NCBI GenBank assembly: GCA_030637135.1
Contig: DAOVVO010000002.1
Coordinates: 1-33,676, forward strand
DNA: 33,676 bases
Reading direction: 5' to 3'
Source of the DNA: Nitrospirota bacterium
Lineage (GTDB): Bacteria; Nitrospirota; Thermodesulfovibrionia; UBA6902; BMS3Bbin08
Part shown: in pieces, positions 24,255 to 33,246 of the stretch
Numbering within the stretch: position 1 is the stretch's first letter
Layout of the letters: every line of letters begins with the position of its first letter
Notes under the pieces: generated by a model
Databases searched by the model: none
The model's input: the letters and a program-made list of their open reading frames with translations, nothing else
What the model was told of the DNA's origin: nothing
Translations under genes and position numbers: made by a program

Positions 24255-24818
24255 ATGACCACCTGCAATCTTTTTAAACTCCTTAAAGAAGAGCTGAAGA
24301 ATGGTTCAAGTGACCTTGTTACAAGGCCGTCAGGGCAGATAATAAGAGAGCGCATTGAGCGGGATATTGAAAAAGAGAAAAATGGAGAAATTATCGCCCT
24401 CGATTTTTCAAAAATAGGAATCATTGATTATTCTTGTGCAGATGAGATTGTAGCCAAACTTATGTCACGACTTTTAGGCAATGAGTATGGCGATAAATAC
24501 ATATATTTAACAGGGATTAATGAGAACCAGAAAGAGAACATAGAAGTTGCGCTTGAGAGAAAGGATTTAGCTGTACTTGCAGAGATGAGAGATGGGAAAA
24601 AGATTCTCCTTGGAAATTTAAACAATTACCTTAGGGAGACGTTAGAACTTGTTTTAAAAAAAGATAAAATTACAGCAAAAGATCTTTCAGAAATCAAAAA
24701 GCTTGAGGCTAATACCAGTGGCACACGATTATTGAATTTGCATAAGAAAAGACTTGTGAAAAGAATGGATGAAATACGTGATGGTGGAAGGGTTTGGATA
24801 TATGAAAGCATTAGCTGA
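24255..24818 (+). CDS. STAS-like (DUF4325-type) domain protein with a C-terminal winged-helix-like domain
   Basis: 187 aa. TRPSGQIIRERIE...EIIALDFSKIGIIDYSCADEIVAKL matches the DUF4325 pattern. The C-terminal ITAKDLSEIKKLEANTSGTRLLNLHKKRLVKR looks like a wHTH. Confidence 0.6.
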   Translation: MTTCNLFKLLKEELKNGSSDLVTRPSGQIIRERIERDIEKEKNGEIIALDFSKIGIIDYSCADEIVAKLMSRLLGNEYGDKYIYLTGINENQKENIEVALERKDLAVLAEMRDGKKILLGNLNNYLRETLELVLKKDKITAKDLSEIKKLEANTSGTRLLNLHKKRLVKRMDEIRDGGRVWIYESIS

Positions 24819-27159
24819 CACCTTTAATCTCTTAAAGAAGAGGTTCCCTGGCTACGAAGACCGTCCGCAGCAGATGGAGATGGCAGAAGAGGTTTTCGCC
24901 TGTCTGCGGAAAAAAAAGAATCTCCTTGTTGAGGCAGGGACAGGGGTTGGTAAATCTTTTGCCTATCTTATCCCTGCAATTCTATCAAATGAGAAGACAG
25001 TTGTTACAACAGCATCAATTGCCCTTCAGGATCAACTGATAAATAAAGACCTCGATTTTCTTAAGGAGGCGCTGCCTGTGAAGTTTACCTTTGCGATTCT
25101 AAAAGGGAAGAACAATTATCTCTGCTTTAAGCGAAGGAGGGAGTTTCAGGCAGAGCTTGGTAATAAGTCACATAAAAAATTTCAAAATTGGGCATCTAAG
25201 ACAAAGACAGGGGATAAGGACGAACTCCCTTTTTTACCCTATTTCTGGAGCAGTGTATGTGGAGATTCGGACGACTGCAGCTCAAGACAGTGCCCTTTTT
25301 TTGGCGAATGCTTTTATTACAGGCATTACAGAAGCCTTTATAAAAAGGATATCCTTGTAGTCAATCACCACCTCCTTGTATATGATCTTATTTCAGACTC
25401 CAGCCTACTGCCGTTTCACAAACAGTTGATAATTGATGAGGCACATCAACTTGAAAATGTCATCTCCCAGGTTCTCGGCAGCGCCTTGACTCATTCGCGC
25501 ATAGTATGGCTCCTCTATCGGCTGAGAGGGTTGAAGATAGCCGTTGACCATCTCTTTGAACCTGTAAGTTCATTTTTTAAAAAGGTGAAAATACCATTAC
25601 AACCTGTCTGTCCAATACCTGATGCCATAATTGAAGAATTGAAAAATCTGAAAGGACAATTGACACTTAATAAAGTGATTCACAGGTTGAACACATATAA
25701 AGAATTAATTGCTGATAATGAAGCAAAAGACAGGATTGCAACTACTATCAATTATGTCAATTCTCTTAAAAGCGTTATATATGATTTTATAGAGCAGACA
25801 GATAAGGACAGAGTTTATTATATGACAGGAAACTCGGGATCGAGTCGGAACGACAAGAATTTTCTGGAGCTTAAGAGCAGACTTGTTGAATCTCAAAAGC
25901 ATTTTAATAGTCTTATCAATGCTTATGACAGTGTAACTATGACATCTGCCACTCTGACCGCAGGTGGTGACTTTAATTTTATAAGAAACAGACTTGGCAT
26001 TACAGGTAATGAAAGTGAATGTGTAAGTATGAGTGAAAGCAAAGGTGAGAGTGAGAGAATAACTCGCCAATATCTACAATCAAAAATCAAAAATCGAAAG
26101 TTACCATTTAAAGAGATGGTGGTAGGCTCACCATTTGACTATAAGAGGCAATCCCTCCTTTATCTTGATAAAGAACTGCCATCTCCTGTTAAAGAGAACA
26201 ACGAGATTTTTCAGAAGAAGGGTCTTAAGACTATTGAGGGTCTTATTAATGCATCTAAAGGGAGAGCATTGGTATTGTTTACTTCCTACAGCCATCTTCA
26301 CTTTGTATCAGAAAACATCAACATAGAGTATCCTTTCAAGTCCCAGGGTGATATGCCACCGCCAAGACTTATGGAGTGGTTTAAAGAGACACCTAATTCT
26401 GTACTTTTGGCAACTGCTACTTTCTGGCAAGGGATTGACATAAAAGGTGAAAAGTTGAGCCTTGTGGTTATTGTAAAGATGCCTTTTGGCTTACCAGGAG
26501 ACCCTGTATATGATGAGAGGTGTAAAAGGCTTGGAGAACGATGGTTTAAAGACCTTGCCCTCCCATCCGCTATCCTTCTTTTAAGGCAGGGCTTCGGTAG
26601 GCTTATCAGAGGGGTTAATGATTATGGTGTAGTTGCTATACTCGATACACGCCTTCTGAACAGTTCATACGGTCAAATTATTGTCTCCTCTTTGCCTAAT
26701 ATGGATATTGTGTATCATATCGAAAATGTTAAAATGTTTTTTGACTCTATGCCACAACCAGCATCTCCAAAAGGTGTGATTCCTCCGGGGCAAAAAATGA
26801 GACAGTGTGATACTGGAAATGATAAGGGTATTTCACGGGTAGTAGCCCTCGGCAACTCCAAAGACCCTTCAGTAATCTCTGAACTAATAGATTTAACACA
26901 GAGCGAAAATGGTAATGAACGTAGATTGGCTGCCTCTGCTCTGGGTAAACTTGCACGATTTAAACCAGAGATATACAAGGCGGTAGAAGCGCTGGAGGTT
27001 TTACTAAAAGATGAAAAACCCCAGGTACGACAATATGCCATGAAAACCCTTGCCAGAATAGGTAAGGTAAATCAAGAGAGATTTAAGTCAATTATAAATA
27101 ACTCTTATGAAAATGGGTATAATGTAGCACTGGCAAAAAATACATCTAATCCCAAATAA
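24802..27159 (+). CDS. dinG: DinG/XPD(Rad3)-family Fe-S DNA helicase with C-terminal HEAT (PBS-lyase-like) repeats
   Basis: Walker A AGTGVGKS and DEAH (IIDEAHQLE). Four-Cys Fe-S insert (C..., SVCGDSDDCSSRQCPFFGEC). C-terminal helicase motifs (ATATFWQGID, RQGFGRLIR). Tail repeats ERRLAASALGKL / PQVRQYAMKTLARIG. ATG 24802 overlaps the upstream gene by 17 nt. Confidence 0.85.
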   Translation: MKALADTFNLLKKRFPGYEDRPQQMEMAEEVFACLRKKKNLLVEAGTGVGKSFAYLIPAILSNEKTVVTTASIALQDQLINKDLDFLKEALPVKFTFAILKGKNNYLCFKRRREFQAELGNKSHKKFQNWASKTKTGDKDELPFLPYFWSSVCGDSDDCSSRQCPFFGECFYYRHYRSLYKKDILVVNHHLLVYDLISDSSLLPFHKQLIIDEAHQLENVISQVLGSALTHSRIVWLLYRLRGLKIAVDHLFEPVSSFFKKVKIPLQPVCPIPDAIIEELKNLKGQLTLNKVIHRLNTYKELIADNEAKDRIATTINYVNSLKSVIYDFIEQTDKDRVYYMTGNSGSSRNDKNFLELKSRLVESQKHFNSLINAYDSVTMTSATLTAGGDFNFIRNRLGITGNESECVSMSESKGESERITRQYLQSKIKNRKLPFKEMVVGSPFDYKRQSLLYLDKELPSPVKENNEIFQKKGLKTIEGLINASKGRALVLFTSYSHLHFVSENINIEYPFKSQGDMPPPRLMEWFKETPNSVLLATATFWQGIDIKGEKLSLVVIVKMPFGLPGDPVYDERCKRLGERWFKDLALPSAILLLRQGFGRLIRGVNDYGVVAILDTRLLNSSYGQIIVSSLPNMDIVYHIENVKMFFDSMPQPASPKGVIPPGQKMRQCDTGNDKGISRVVALGNSKDPSVISELIDLTQSENGNERRLAASALGKLARFKPEIYKAVEALEVLLKDEKPQVRQYAMKTLARIGKVNQERFKSIINNSYENGYNVALAKNTSNPK

Positions 27160-27173
27160 AAGAAGGTTATTCT

Positions 27174-27638
27174 ATGTTGCTTTATCTTGTCCAACACGCA
27201 GAAGCAAAGAGTAAAGACGAAGACCCCTCACGTAGTCTCTCGGAAAAGGGGATTCAGAACATCAAAAAAGTTGCTCATTATGCATCTGCATTAAATATAA
27301 AAGTGAGCAAGATTTTTCACAGCACCAAGCTCAGGGCATTGCAGACTGCCCAGGTATTGGCTGAACATATTAAAGTGAAAGATGGCATATCTGAAACAGA
27401 AGGATTAGATCCTCTTGATGATCCGGGCATCTGGTTTAAACGCATCTCTGAAATTAAAGAGGACATAATCCTTGTAGGACATTTGCCTCACTTGAATAAG
27501 CTTGCATCCCTCATGTTGTGTGACAATATGGAAAAAAATGTAATAGACTTCAAAATGGGAAGCATTGTTTGCCTGGAGAGATTTGAGAACAAGGACTGGG
27601 GAGTAGAATGGATGATAACACCGGAAGTGGTTAAATGA
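27174..27638 (+). CDS. sixA: Phosphohistidine phosphatase SixA
   Basis: 154 aa. Has LYLVQHAEA (the RHG-type catalytic His context), LSEKG and VGHLP, with SixA length. Confidence 0.8.
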   Translation: MLLYLVQHAEAKSKDEDPSRSLSEKGIQNIKKVAHYASALNIKVSKIFHSTKLRALQTAQVLAEHIKVKDGISETEGLDPLDDPGIWFKRISEIKEDIILVGHLPHLNKLASLMLCDNMEKNVIDFKMGSIVCLERFENKDWGVEWMITPEVVK

Positions 27639-27674
27639 CAGCAAAATTCGATCAATTACGTGGAGAACTTATAT

Positions 27675-28934
27675 ATGGTTGAGACTTTGTTAATAGCGTT
27701 GCTGGTTTTAGTAACAGGAACTCTGATTGTGTCAATTATACTTTTGACGCGCAACTCACTCTCTGATTTTGATAAACAGCAGGAGAGAATGGAAAGGTCA
27801 TTGAAAGAAGAGATGACTCAGAACAGAGGGGAGGCGTCTCTTAACGCAAAGCAGCTAAGGGAAGAAATAGTCAACAGCATGACGAAAATTTCGAATCTTC
27901 AAAAAGACCAGCTCGACATTTTTTCAACTCAGCTTACGACATTAACCCGGACTAATGAACAGAAACTTGATAAGATGAGAGAAACGGTAGAAGAGAGACT
28001 GAAAATACTCCAAGAAGATAATACAAAAAAATTAGATCAGATGAGAGAAACCGTTGATGAAAAACTTCATGCTACCCTCGAAAAGCGATTAGGAGAATCT
28101 TTTAAGCTGGTAAGTGAAAGACTTGAAATGGTTCATAAAGGATTAGGTGAAATGCAGTCCCTTGCTGTCGGGGTTGGTGATTTGAAAAAAGTTTTATCAA
28201 ATGTTAAGACCAGGGGAATACTCGGTGAAATTCAATTAGGTAATATTCTTGAGCAACTTTTAACGCCTGACCAGTATGCTAAGAATGTAATAACAAAAGA
28301 GGGCAGTAGAGAAAATGTAGAATTTGCTATTAAACTTCCAGGCAAAAACGACTCTGGTAAAGTTATTTATTTACCGTTAGATTCCAAATTCCCTTTAGAA
28401 CATTATCATTCATTAGTTGATGCATATGAACATGGTGATAATGCAGCGATTGAAGAAGCTACAAAACTTCTTGAGAATACCATAAAAAAATGCGCCAAAG
28501 AAGTAAGAGACAAATATATTGATCCTCCTAACACAACAGATTTTGGAATAATGTTTTTGCCGGTTGAAGGGCTTTATGCTGAAGTTACACGAAGAACGAG
28601 TTTAATTGAAGTCTTACAGAGGGATTTTAAAATAATTATCACTGGACCGACTACTTTGGCTGCGATATTGAATAGCTTGCAAATGGGTTTCAGAACGTTA
28701 GCTGTTGAGAAACGTTCAAGTGAAGTATGGATGCTGCTCGGAGCTGTTAAAACAGAATTTGGCAAATTTGGTGATATCCTCGAAAAGACGCAAAAGAAAC
28801 TGCAGGAGGCAAGTAACACTATCGAGGGAGCAGCCAAGAAATCCCGTACAATTGAAAGGAGGTTAAAAGATGTTCAGGGACTTCCTTCACCCGAAGCGGT
28901 TTCCCTGTTGGGAGATATCGAAGAAACAGAGTAA
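27675..28934 (+). CDS. rmuC: DNA recombination protein RmuC
   Basis: Has an N-terminal TM helix, a long coiled coil, and an RmuC core (VEFAIKLPG...YLPLDSKFPLE...FGIMFLPVEGLY). ATG 27675 follows the SD GGAGA. A GTG at 27660 is also open. Confidence 0.85.
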   Translation: MVETLLIALLVLVTGTLIVSIILLTRNSLSDFDKQQERMERSLKEEMTQNRGEASLNAKQLREEIVNSMTKISNLQKDQLDIFSTQLTTLTRTNEQKLDKMRETVEERLKILQEDNTKKLDQMRETVDEKLHATLEKRLGESFKLVSERLEMVHKGLGEMQSLAVGVGDLKKVLSNVKTRGILGEIQLGNILEQLLTPDQYAKNVITKEGSRENVEFAIKLPGKNDSGKVIYLPLDSKFPLEHYHSLVDAYEHGDNAAIEEATKLLENTIKKCAKEVRDKYIDPPNTTDFGIMFLPVEGLYAEVTRRTSLIEVLQRDFKIIITGPTTLAAILNSLQMGFRTLAVEKRSSEVWMLLGAVKTEFGKFGDILEKTQKKLQEASNTIEGAAKKSRTIERRLKDVQGLPSPEAVSLLGDIEETE

Positions 28935-28980
28935 TGAACAAAACAATAACTGTTTTATTTAATTTTGAAAGGAGGACATT

Positions 28981-29259
28981 ATGTCAGTAAAACTAAGTCA
29001 CGAGGAGTTTATCAAAAAGGCCATTGTTGAGTTGAGGAAGGAAGGATACAAGGGGATTCATACGGTCTATTCTGGTTTCAATAACGCATTTAAGAAATAT
29101 TTTGATGGCGAGAACCCTGTTGAAGCAACGAACAAACTTGCCAAGGAAGAGAAGATAGTGATCAGACCCGTGAAAGGAGGGGTTATGCTCTATCTCCCTG
29201 AAGATGCACAGGCAACCAAAGATGTAGGAGATGAAGCACTAAAGAAAATGGGATTATAA
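28981..29259 (+). CDS. Small conserved-looking hypothetical protein
   Basis: 92-aa ORF with a strong SD (GAAAGGAGG) 7 nt upstream. No family recognised. Confidence 0.5.
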   Translation: MSVKLSHEEFIKKAIVELRKEGYKGIHTVYSGFNNAFKKYFDGENPVEATNKLAKEEKIVIRPVKGGVMLYLPEDAQATKDVGDEALKKMGL

Positions 29260-29265
29260 ACGTTT

Positions 29266-30243
29266 GTGTCTAAGGCTGAATTAAGTCAGAGCACTATAAG
29301 CCGTCAGGCAATAGAAATAAGGAAATTATGGAGTGGTTTTCAATCAGCACGGGTACTGCTTACCGCAAATAATTACAGGATTTTTGACTTTCTCATAAAA
29401 CAAAAGACAGCGGCAGATATCGCAGACGATATAGGTGCGGACAAAAGGGCGGTAGAGATAGTGCTTGATGCCCTCACCGGTCTTGGTCTTCTTAGAAAAC
29501 AGCAGAATAAATACAAAAATACCACTATAGCCTCTCGATTTCTTGTCTCCGGAACCCCTCTCTATCAGGGAGATATCATTAAACATGCTGATACTCTCTG
29601 GCATAACTGGTCAGGCCTTGATACTGTAATTAAAACGGGGACTCCTTTTCGCACGTCACAAAACCACAGCGCTTTTATTCTTGGAATGCATAACCTCGCT
29701 GTTTTAAAAGCAGGTAAAATTATTAAGGGTATTGGTCTGAGAGGCGTGAGAAAGGCACTTGACCTTGGAGGTGGTCCCGGCTCATATGCAGTGGAGATGG
29801 CTCAAAGGGGAATTTATGTCACACTGTTTGATACGCCTGATACCATAAAGATTGCACGTGGTGTTATAGATAAAAAAAAGATGAAAAATTTAAATTTTAT
29901 CGGGGGAGATTTCTTTTATGATAATCTAGGGAAAGATTATGACCTTGTTTTAATAAGTCAGATTTTCCATTCGTATTCGAAAAAAGATAATATTATGCTC
30001 CTGAAAAGATGTAAAAAGGCGCTCAATAAGAACGGTAAAATTGTAATCCAGGAATTCTTTATTGATGAAAACAGAACTCATCCCTCCCAAAGCGCATTGT
30101 TTTCTATAAATATGCTTGTAAATACCGAGGGAGGGAGATGTTATTCACCTGATGAAATCAAAGATTGGCTTTATGGATTGAATTTCAGAAATGTAAGAAA
30201 AAAATTTATTGCTGATAGTATATTGATTAGTGCTCAAAAATAA
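29266..30243 (+). CDS. Class I SAM-dependent (O-)methyltransferase with an N-terminal wHTH/dimerisation domain
   Basis: 325 aa with a GTG start. Has the SAM motif I LDLGGGPGSYAVEMA. The layout resembles family-2 O-methyltransferases. Confidence 0.7.
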   Translation: MSKAELSQSTISRQAIEIRKLWSGFQSARVLLTANNYRIFDFLIKQKTAADIADDIGADKRAVEIVLDALTGLGLLRKQQNKYKNTTIASRFLVSGTPLYQGDIIKHADTLWHNWSGLDTVIKTGTPFRTSQNHSAFILGMHNLAVLKAGKIIKGIGLRGVRKALDLGGGPGSYAVEMAQRGIYVTLFDTPDTIKIARGVIDKKKMKNLNFIGGDFFYDNLGKDYDLVLISQIFHSYSKKDNIMLLKRCKKALNKNGKIVIQEFFIDENRTHPSQSALFSINMLVNTEGGRCYSPDEIKDWLYGLNFRNVRKKFIADSILISAQK

Positions 30244-30292
30244 CCTTTTCTTTTATGAAACAACTTCTCGTATTCAAGGATATAACTAAGAT

Positions 30293-31321
30293 ATGACCAT
30301 CCGTAAGCAGACAGAAGATATAGAAAGAAGCATACTTCATCCAAAGGCATGTCTGAGTTCAGAAAGCAGGGGCAGGGTGCGGAAAGAAAAGGGGGACGAG
30401 ATAAGAACGTGCTTTCAAAGGGACAGAGATAGGATAATACATTCAAAGGCATTCAGGAGATTAAAACATAAAACACAGGTATTTCTTGCCCCTAAAGGTG
30501 ACCATTACAGAACACGATTGACACATACACTTGAGGTTTCTCAAATTGCAAGGACAATTTCCAGGGCGCTCAGACTGAATGAAGACCTTACAGAGGCTAT
30601 TGCGCTCGGGCATGATCTCGGTCATACACCTTTTGGTCATGCAGGCGAAGATGTCCTTCGAAGAATTTATCCGGGGGGATTTGAACATTATGAGCAAAGT
30701 CTGCGAGTTGTAGATATTCTTGAACGGAACGGAAAGGGCCTTAATCTTAGCTATGAAGTAAGGGACGGGATTTCAAAACATTCAAAAGGAAAAGGCAAAA
30801 TATTTTCGACACGAGGAGAGATTGCAACTCTCGAAGGGGCTATAGTCAGAATTTCCGATATTATTGCTTACGTTAACCATGATCTTGATGATGCCGTAAG
30901 AGCTGATGTGTTGAGAAAGTCAAATATTCCACGTCAGTTTTTTAAGATAGGCGAAACACAGGCTAAGAGGATTGACACAATGGTTAAAGATGTTATTTAT
31001 ACATCACTGGATAGAGAACTTAAGGAAATAACAATGAGTGAAGATATGAAAAGTACAACATATGCAATAAGAGATTTCCTCTATAAGAATATTTATGAGA
31101 GTGAAATTACAAAGAGAGAATTTAAAAAGGCAAAGAAAATTCTTTTTGACCTTTATGAGTATTATCTCAAACATACTGATGAAGTATTTATTGAGATACC
31201 GAAAGAAACAATGGGAAAAAAAGAAAGGATAGTGTGCGATTTTATAGCAGGGATGACAGATAGATTTGCAATTATGATGTATGAGAAACTGTTTTTACCA
31301 CAGCCCTGGATGGTTTTTTAA
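30293..31321 (+). CDS. dgt: dGTP triphosphohydrolase-like HD-domain protein (short type)
   Basis: 342 aa. Has [39 protein letters not shown] and [13 protein letters not shown]. Confidence 0.88.
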   Translation: MTIRKQTEDIERSILHPKACLSSESRGRVRKEKGDEIRTCFQRDRDRIIHSKAFRRLKHKTQVFLAPKGDHYRTRLTHTLEVSQIARTISRALRLNEDLTEAIALGHDLGHTPFGHAGEDVLRRIYPGGFEHYEQSLRVVDILERNGKGLNLSYEVRDGISKHSKGKGKIFSTRGEIATLEGAIVRISDIIAYVNHDLDDAVRADVLRKSNIPRQFFKIGETQAKRIDTMVKDVIYTSLDRELKEITMSEDMKSTTYAIRDFLYKNIYESEITKREFKKAKKILFDLYEYYLKHTDEVFIEIPKETMGKKERIVCDFIAGMTDRFAIMMYEKLFLPQPWMVF

Positions 31322-31345
31322 GGTTCCAATTATTAAACTATTTTC

Positions 31346-31374
31346 TTGACAAGGTGTTTATATCCCCTTATAAT
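31346..31374 (+). promoter_or_regulatory. Consensus sigma70 promoter for ihfA-merR
   Basis: TTGACA at 31346-31351, an exact 17-nt spacer, and TATAAT at 31369-31374, 77 nt upstream of the ihfA ATG. Confidence 0.7.
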
Positions 31375-31450
31375 TTAACAGAAAATATATTAAAAAAGGC
31401 ACTTTGACTACATGTGTGTCTCTACGTAAAAACTGAGGGAGGACTCAAGT

Positions 31451-31729
31451 ATGACAAAGGCAGAATTGGCAGACAGGGTTTATGAAAAAGTTGGACTCTC
31501 AAGAAAAGAGGCGGTAGAAATGATAGAAACACTTTTTGCTACTATGAAAAGTATCCTATCTGAGGGTGAATCAATCAAAATAACAGGTTTTGGAACTTTT
31601 TTGGTCAGAAAAAAAGGATCCCGTAGGGGTAGAAACCCAAAGACCGGCGTAGAGATTGAGATAACACAGAGAAAAGTAGTAACATTTAAGCCGAGCATGC
31701 AGTTTAAGGACGTTGTTGAGAAGGTATAA
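31451..31729 (+). CDS. ihfA: Integration host factor alpha-like (HU/IHF family) protein
   Basis: 92 aa. GFGTFLVRKKGSRRGRNPKTGVEIEITQRKVVTFKPS is the IHF/HU beta-arm signature. An SD GAGGGAGG lies upstream. Confidence 0.85.
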   Translation: MTKAELADRVYEKVGLSRKEAVEMIETLFATMKSILSEGESIKITGFGTFLVRKKGSRRGRNPKTGVEIEITQRKVVTFKPSMQFKDVVEKV

Positions 31730-31737
31730 GCTGAGTT

Positions 31738-32079
31738 ATGGAGGCTGCATCACAGAGAAGGATAATCCCGGAAAAGCTTTTCTATAAAATTGGAGAAGTC
31801 AGCAGCATAGTTCAGCTCGAACCATATGTTTTAAGGTATTGGGAATCTGAGTTCCCTTTCTTAAAGCCTCGTAAAAATAAAGCCGGGCAACGAGTTTACA
31901 CAAAAAAGAACCTGGAATTAATCCTTCAAATAAAAAATCTTTTGTATAATGAAAAATATACGATTGCAGGAGTACGAAGGAAATTTAATGAGAATTCAGT
32001 AAAGAAAAAAAGTGTTTCTATAGAGACCATTCAACATGTCAGAAAAAAACTCAAAGAAATTGTAAGAACTCTGAAATAA
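31738..32079 (+). CDS. MerR-family transcriptional regulator
   Basis: 113 aa. FYKIGEVSSIVQLEPYVLRYWESEFPFLKP.KN..GQRVY is the MerR HTH signature. It follows ihfA directly. Confidence 0.8.
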   Translation: MEAASQRRIIPEKLFYKIGEVSSIVQLEPYVLRYWESEFPFLKPRKNKAGQRVYTKKNLELILQIKNLLYNEKYTIAGVRRKFNENSVKKKSVSIETIQHVRKKLKEIVRTLK

Positions 32080-32240
32080 AACGCCGAATGTCAAATGAAA
32101 TCATCCTACAAGCACTATAGTGTGAAACTAAAATAAACAAACCACAAATTCTCTACTCTACGAGTCGTAGACGAGCCATAGGCCAAATAAATCTCGATTA
32201 TTCATATTCAAATTAATAGAAGTTTTAATGACTCTCTGAA

Positions 32241-32264
32241 TATCGACATATCGATATGTCGATA
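32241..32264. repeat. Perfect 24-bp palindrome TATCGACATATCGATATGTCGATA
   Basis: Read directly. The 12-nt halves are exact reverse complements. It lies in ORF-free DNA downstream of the merR-like gene. Confidence 0.9.
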
Positions 32265-32479
32265 CAACTCGTACCTGGACACGTTTCCAGGAATTACCCT
32301 CAATGGGTGGTACCGACCGATGGATAATATTGACGTTCCGGCATTACTGAATTAATTGGTATTATGCAGAACGATAATCGTTCTCTAGAGTTGGTGTTAG
32401 TCTGTCTCTATGGATTTCATGAGATAAACGATTTGGAAGATTATTTATAAACATTGCATGTATATCTTTATACAAATTA

Positions 32480-32675
32480 TTGATACCTTAGGCAGTACAC
32501 ATACCTTACCCTTTAGGGTAGGAAAAATACAGGTGCCGCTCAGTATTAACCCTCAGGGCATTCGACTGAGCCTTCGGCCCGAGCTCAGGCCGAGGGCTCA
32601 GCCGAAGTCCAAACCTCGACTGCTTGCCCTGAGCGAAGTCGAAGGGTTAAGTCGGGGACAGTCGAATGGGTTGAT
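32480..32675 (+). repeat. Intergenic modular repeat, copy C (degenerate M1, then M3, M4, M5)
   Basis: See copies A and B. M4 at 32561-32606 is identical to copy B. M5 at 32627-32675 is identical to copy A. Confidence 0.9.
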
Positions 32676-32722
32676 TCTCTTGAGTTCAGTATTCAGGAGT
32701 TTGAGGGTTAGCATTTACTATT

Positions 32723-32738
32723 CGGGGCGTAGCGCAGC
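32723..32738 (+). pseudogene. 16-nt duplicate of the 5' end of tRNA-Pro
   Basis: CGGGGCGTAGCGCAGC at 32723-32738 is identical to the first 16 nt of the tRNA-Pro gene at 32883. It diverges afterwards. Confidence 0.7.
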
Positions 32739-32882
32739 GTGTTAATGAGACTTGGACTTTTGGAACGTAGTGAACGAAAGTTCTTAGTCGATATTTAATC
32801 CCGAGTATCGGGAGCCAGGCGGTAATTGATAATTAAAATATAGATTTTCGTCATTTACTTAAAATATCAAGAAACGATATGA

Positions 32883-32959
32883 CGGGGCGTAGCGCAGCCT
32901 GGTAGCGCACTCGCTTGGGGTGCGAGAGGTCGGCAGTTCAAATCTGCTCGCCCCGACCA
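32883..32959 (+). tRNA. tRNA-Pro (anticodon GGG), CCA encoded
   Basis: Cloverleaf folded by hand. Acceptor CGGGGCG/CGCCCCG. D-arm GCGC-AGCCTGGTA-GCGC. Anticodon arm CTCGC-TTGGGGT-GCGAG (GGG, with G37). Variable loop AGGTC. T-arm GGCAG-TTCAAAT-CTGCT. Discriminator A, then CCA. Confidence 0.93.
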
Positions 32960-33246
32960 TTACTTTCTTTAAAAATCAACAAGTTAATATTTGGAAATCT
33001 TTTTGTGAATCTTTTATGGTATCTTTTATATGCCGAAGCTAAATTGGGTGAATTGCTTAAGCCGCTTTGTGCTTCCCCTGCTGGAACCACAAAAGTATTA
33101 CCCGAAGGCATAACCAAAAGCATACCACGACTTGACCTTTATTTCTTCCTGAAATCTTTAGTATTAAAAATTGCTAAAATGGTGTAGATTACAAATAGTA
33201 ATCCTTAACCACTTTTATCTTAAAAATTCCTATTTTAGAAGGTCAA

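Noticed and set aside
27174-31321. sixA-rmuC-small ORF-methyltransferase-dGTPase as a phage-defence island
   Set aside because: All are common single-copy housekeeping-type families. The dGTPase is the short ~340-aa Dgt-like form. No mobility genes, toxin-like domains or compositional break are visible, so there is no sequence-level support for a defence role.
32915-33187. 90-aa ORF overlapping tRNA-Pro
   Set aside because: Its first ~15 codons are the tRNA gene itself. Only the short AEAKLGELLK...PEGITKS stretch is noted, within the tRNA-Pro locus finding, as a possible relic.
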